Positions 63,039 through 64,000 of a DNA stretch of 64,000 nucleotides are shown piece after piece. The notes below the pieces were generated by a model. That model was given only the letters and a program-made list of their open reading frames with translations. It had not been told where the DNA came from and made no database searches. The position numbers were made by a program, and so were the translations under genes. The stretch lies in the IMG/VR virus record IMGVR_UViG_3300044843_001040, positions 1-64,000 of that record. The stretch is one strand, 5' to 3'. Position 1 is the first letter of the stretch. Every line of letters starts with the position of its first letter. The DNA comes from an uncultured virus (IMG/VR IMGVR_UViG_3300044843_001040). Taxonomy: Duplodnaviria; Heunggongvirae; Uroviricota; Caudoviricetes.

Positions 63039-63287
63039 TCACCATAATGCTTTTAATTTAACTAATCTCCAATACTCTTCTTCTGAATATGATTCACCTT
63101 GAAGATACCATTTTTTAAATCCATTAACATAATCTATGGCCGGACCACCTTCTCGATGCCGTTGACCATGATGATACCATTGTTTATATCCATTAATATA
63201 TTTTATTGCTGGTCCATCTTCTCGATGGAGTTTATTACTCCAAAAATATCTTTTAGTGCCAAATTTATCTATCGTAATTTCTTGCAT
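63039..63287 (-). CDS. HREDGPA-repeat family protein
   Basis: 2 repeats + tail. Confidence 0.85.
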   Translation of the reverse strand: MQEITIDKFGTKRYFWSNKLHREDGPAIKYINGYKQWYHHGQRHREGGPAIDYVNGFKKWYLQGESYSEEEYWRLVKLKALW

Positions 63288-63290
63288 ATT

Positions 63291-63608
63291 TTACCACAAA
63301 GCTTTTAGCTTAACTAAACGCCAATATTTTTCTTCTGTATATTTTTTACCGTGAAGGAACCACTCTTTATCTCCATTAGCATATTCTGCGGCCGGACCAT
63401 CTTCTCGATGAAATTGATCATGCAAATACCAGAATTTGTCTCCATTAGAATATTCTAATGCCGGGCCATCTTCTCGATGATATTGACCATTAAGACACCA
63501 CTCTTTAGATCCATTAGCATATTCTATCGCAGGACCATCTTCTCGATGTAATTGGTTATTCCAATAATATCTTTTAGTCCCGTGTTCATCTATTGTAATT
63601 TCTTGCAT
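63291..63608 (-). CDS. HREDGPA-repeat family protein
   Basis: 3 repeats + tail. Confidence 0.85.
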   Translation of the reverse strand: MQEITIDEHGTKRYYWNNQLHREDGPAIEYANGSKEWCLNGQYHREDGPALEYSNGDKFWYLHDQFHREDGPAAEYANGDKEWFLHGKKYTEEKYWRLVKLKALW

Positions 63609-63611
63609 ACT

Positions 63612-63998
63612 TTACCATAATGCTTTTAGCTTGACTAATCTCCAATATTCTTCTTCGGAATATCTTTTGCCTTGAAGGCACCAATATTTAGTACCATTAG
63701 CATCTTCTACGGCTGGTCCATCTTCTCGATGTAGATCGCCATGATGATACCATTCTTTATATCCACTAACATATTCTAGAGCAGGCCCATCTTCTCGATG
63801 TCTTTTACCATTAACATACCAAGCTTTATATTTATTAATATATTCTATTGCTGGCCCAGCTTCTCGATGCCAACGATCATAAAGCCTCCATTCGTTACTG
63901 CCATTAGTAAATTCTATGGCGGGTCCAGCTTCTCGATGAAGCTGACCGTTCCAATAATAAAATTTAGTACCATATTTATTTATCTTAATTTCTTGCAT
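63612..63998 (-). CDS. HREDGPA-repeat family protein
   Basis: 4 repeats + tail. Confidence 0.85.
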   Translation of the reverse strand: MQEIKINKYGTKFYYWNGQLHREAGPAIEFTNGSNEWRLYDRWHREAGPAIEYINKYKAWYVNGKRHREDGPALEYVSGYKEWYHHGDLHREDGPAVEDANGTKYWCLQGKRYSEEEYWRLVKLKALW

Positions 63999-64000
63999 AT

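Noticed and set aside
58..63308. Many plus-strand ORFs rich in TIFSM/IPFF (58-333, 19540, 20157, 20871, 23556, 25580, 38125, 62841 and others)
   Set aside because: Antisense shadows of the HREDGPA genes; their similarity simply mirrors the sense repeats.
1..63998. Diversity-generating retroelement behind the repeat variation
   Set aside because: No reverse transcriptase in the window, no template/variable repeat pair seen, and differences are not confined to adenines; an RT elsewhere in the genome cannot be excluded.
1..64000. Eukaryotic giant virus or cellular chromosome as the source
   Set aside because: Shine-Dalgarno sites, sigma70-like promoters, EF-Ts and GroES point to a bacterial host, while scattered singleton housekeeping genes and dense homing endonucleases argue against a cell. 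No capsid or terminase gene is in the window, so phage origin remains an inference.

Overview
AT-rich, gene-dense window that looks like part of a huge (jumbo) bacteriophage genome using the standard genetic code. This is inferred from gene content: free-standing GIY-YIG, HNH and LAGLIDADG endonucleases, an intein-containing UvrD-like helicase, CCA-encoding tRNAs, and isolated host-like genes (EF-Ts, GroES, LysRS, TrmH, Thg1-like, Pth2, ADP-ribosylglycohydrolase) outside their usual cellular operons. Four things stand out. (1) About 32 intact and 5 broken paralogous short genes built from 23-24 aa HREDGPA repeats with a conserved C-terminal YWRxVKLKALW tail, in seven head-to-tail minus-strand clusters. 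(2) A Ro60/TROVE gene upstream of a tRNA cluster that contains three co-varying 65-72 nt hairpin RNAs resembling the Ro-binding stem of bacterial Y RNAs; two of them directly abut the only tRNAs lacking encoded CCA. (3) Four TnpB-carrying insertion sequences whose empty sites can be reconstructed by eye: an IS607 splits tRNA-Ile(GAU) and an IS605 sits in codon 2 of a GIY-YIG gene. (4) Several repeated intergenic motifs that behave like distinct promoter or operator classes. All product calls come from visual motif recognition, not database searches.
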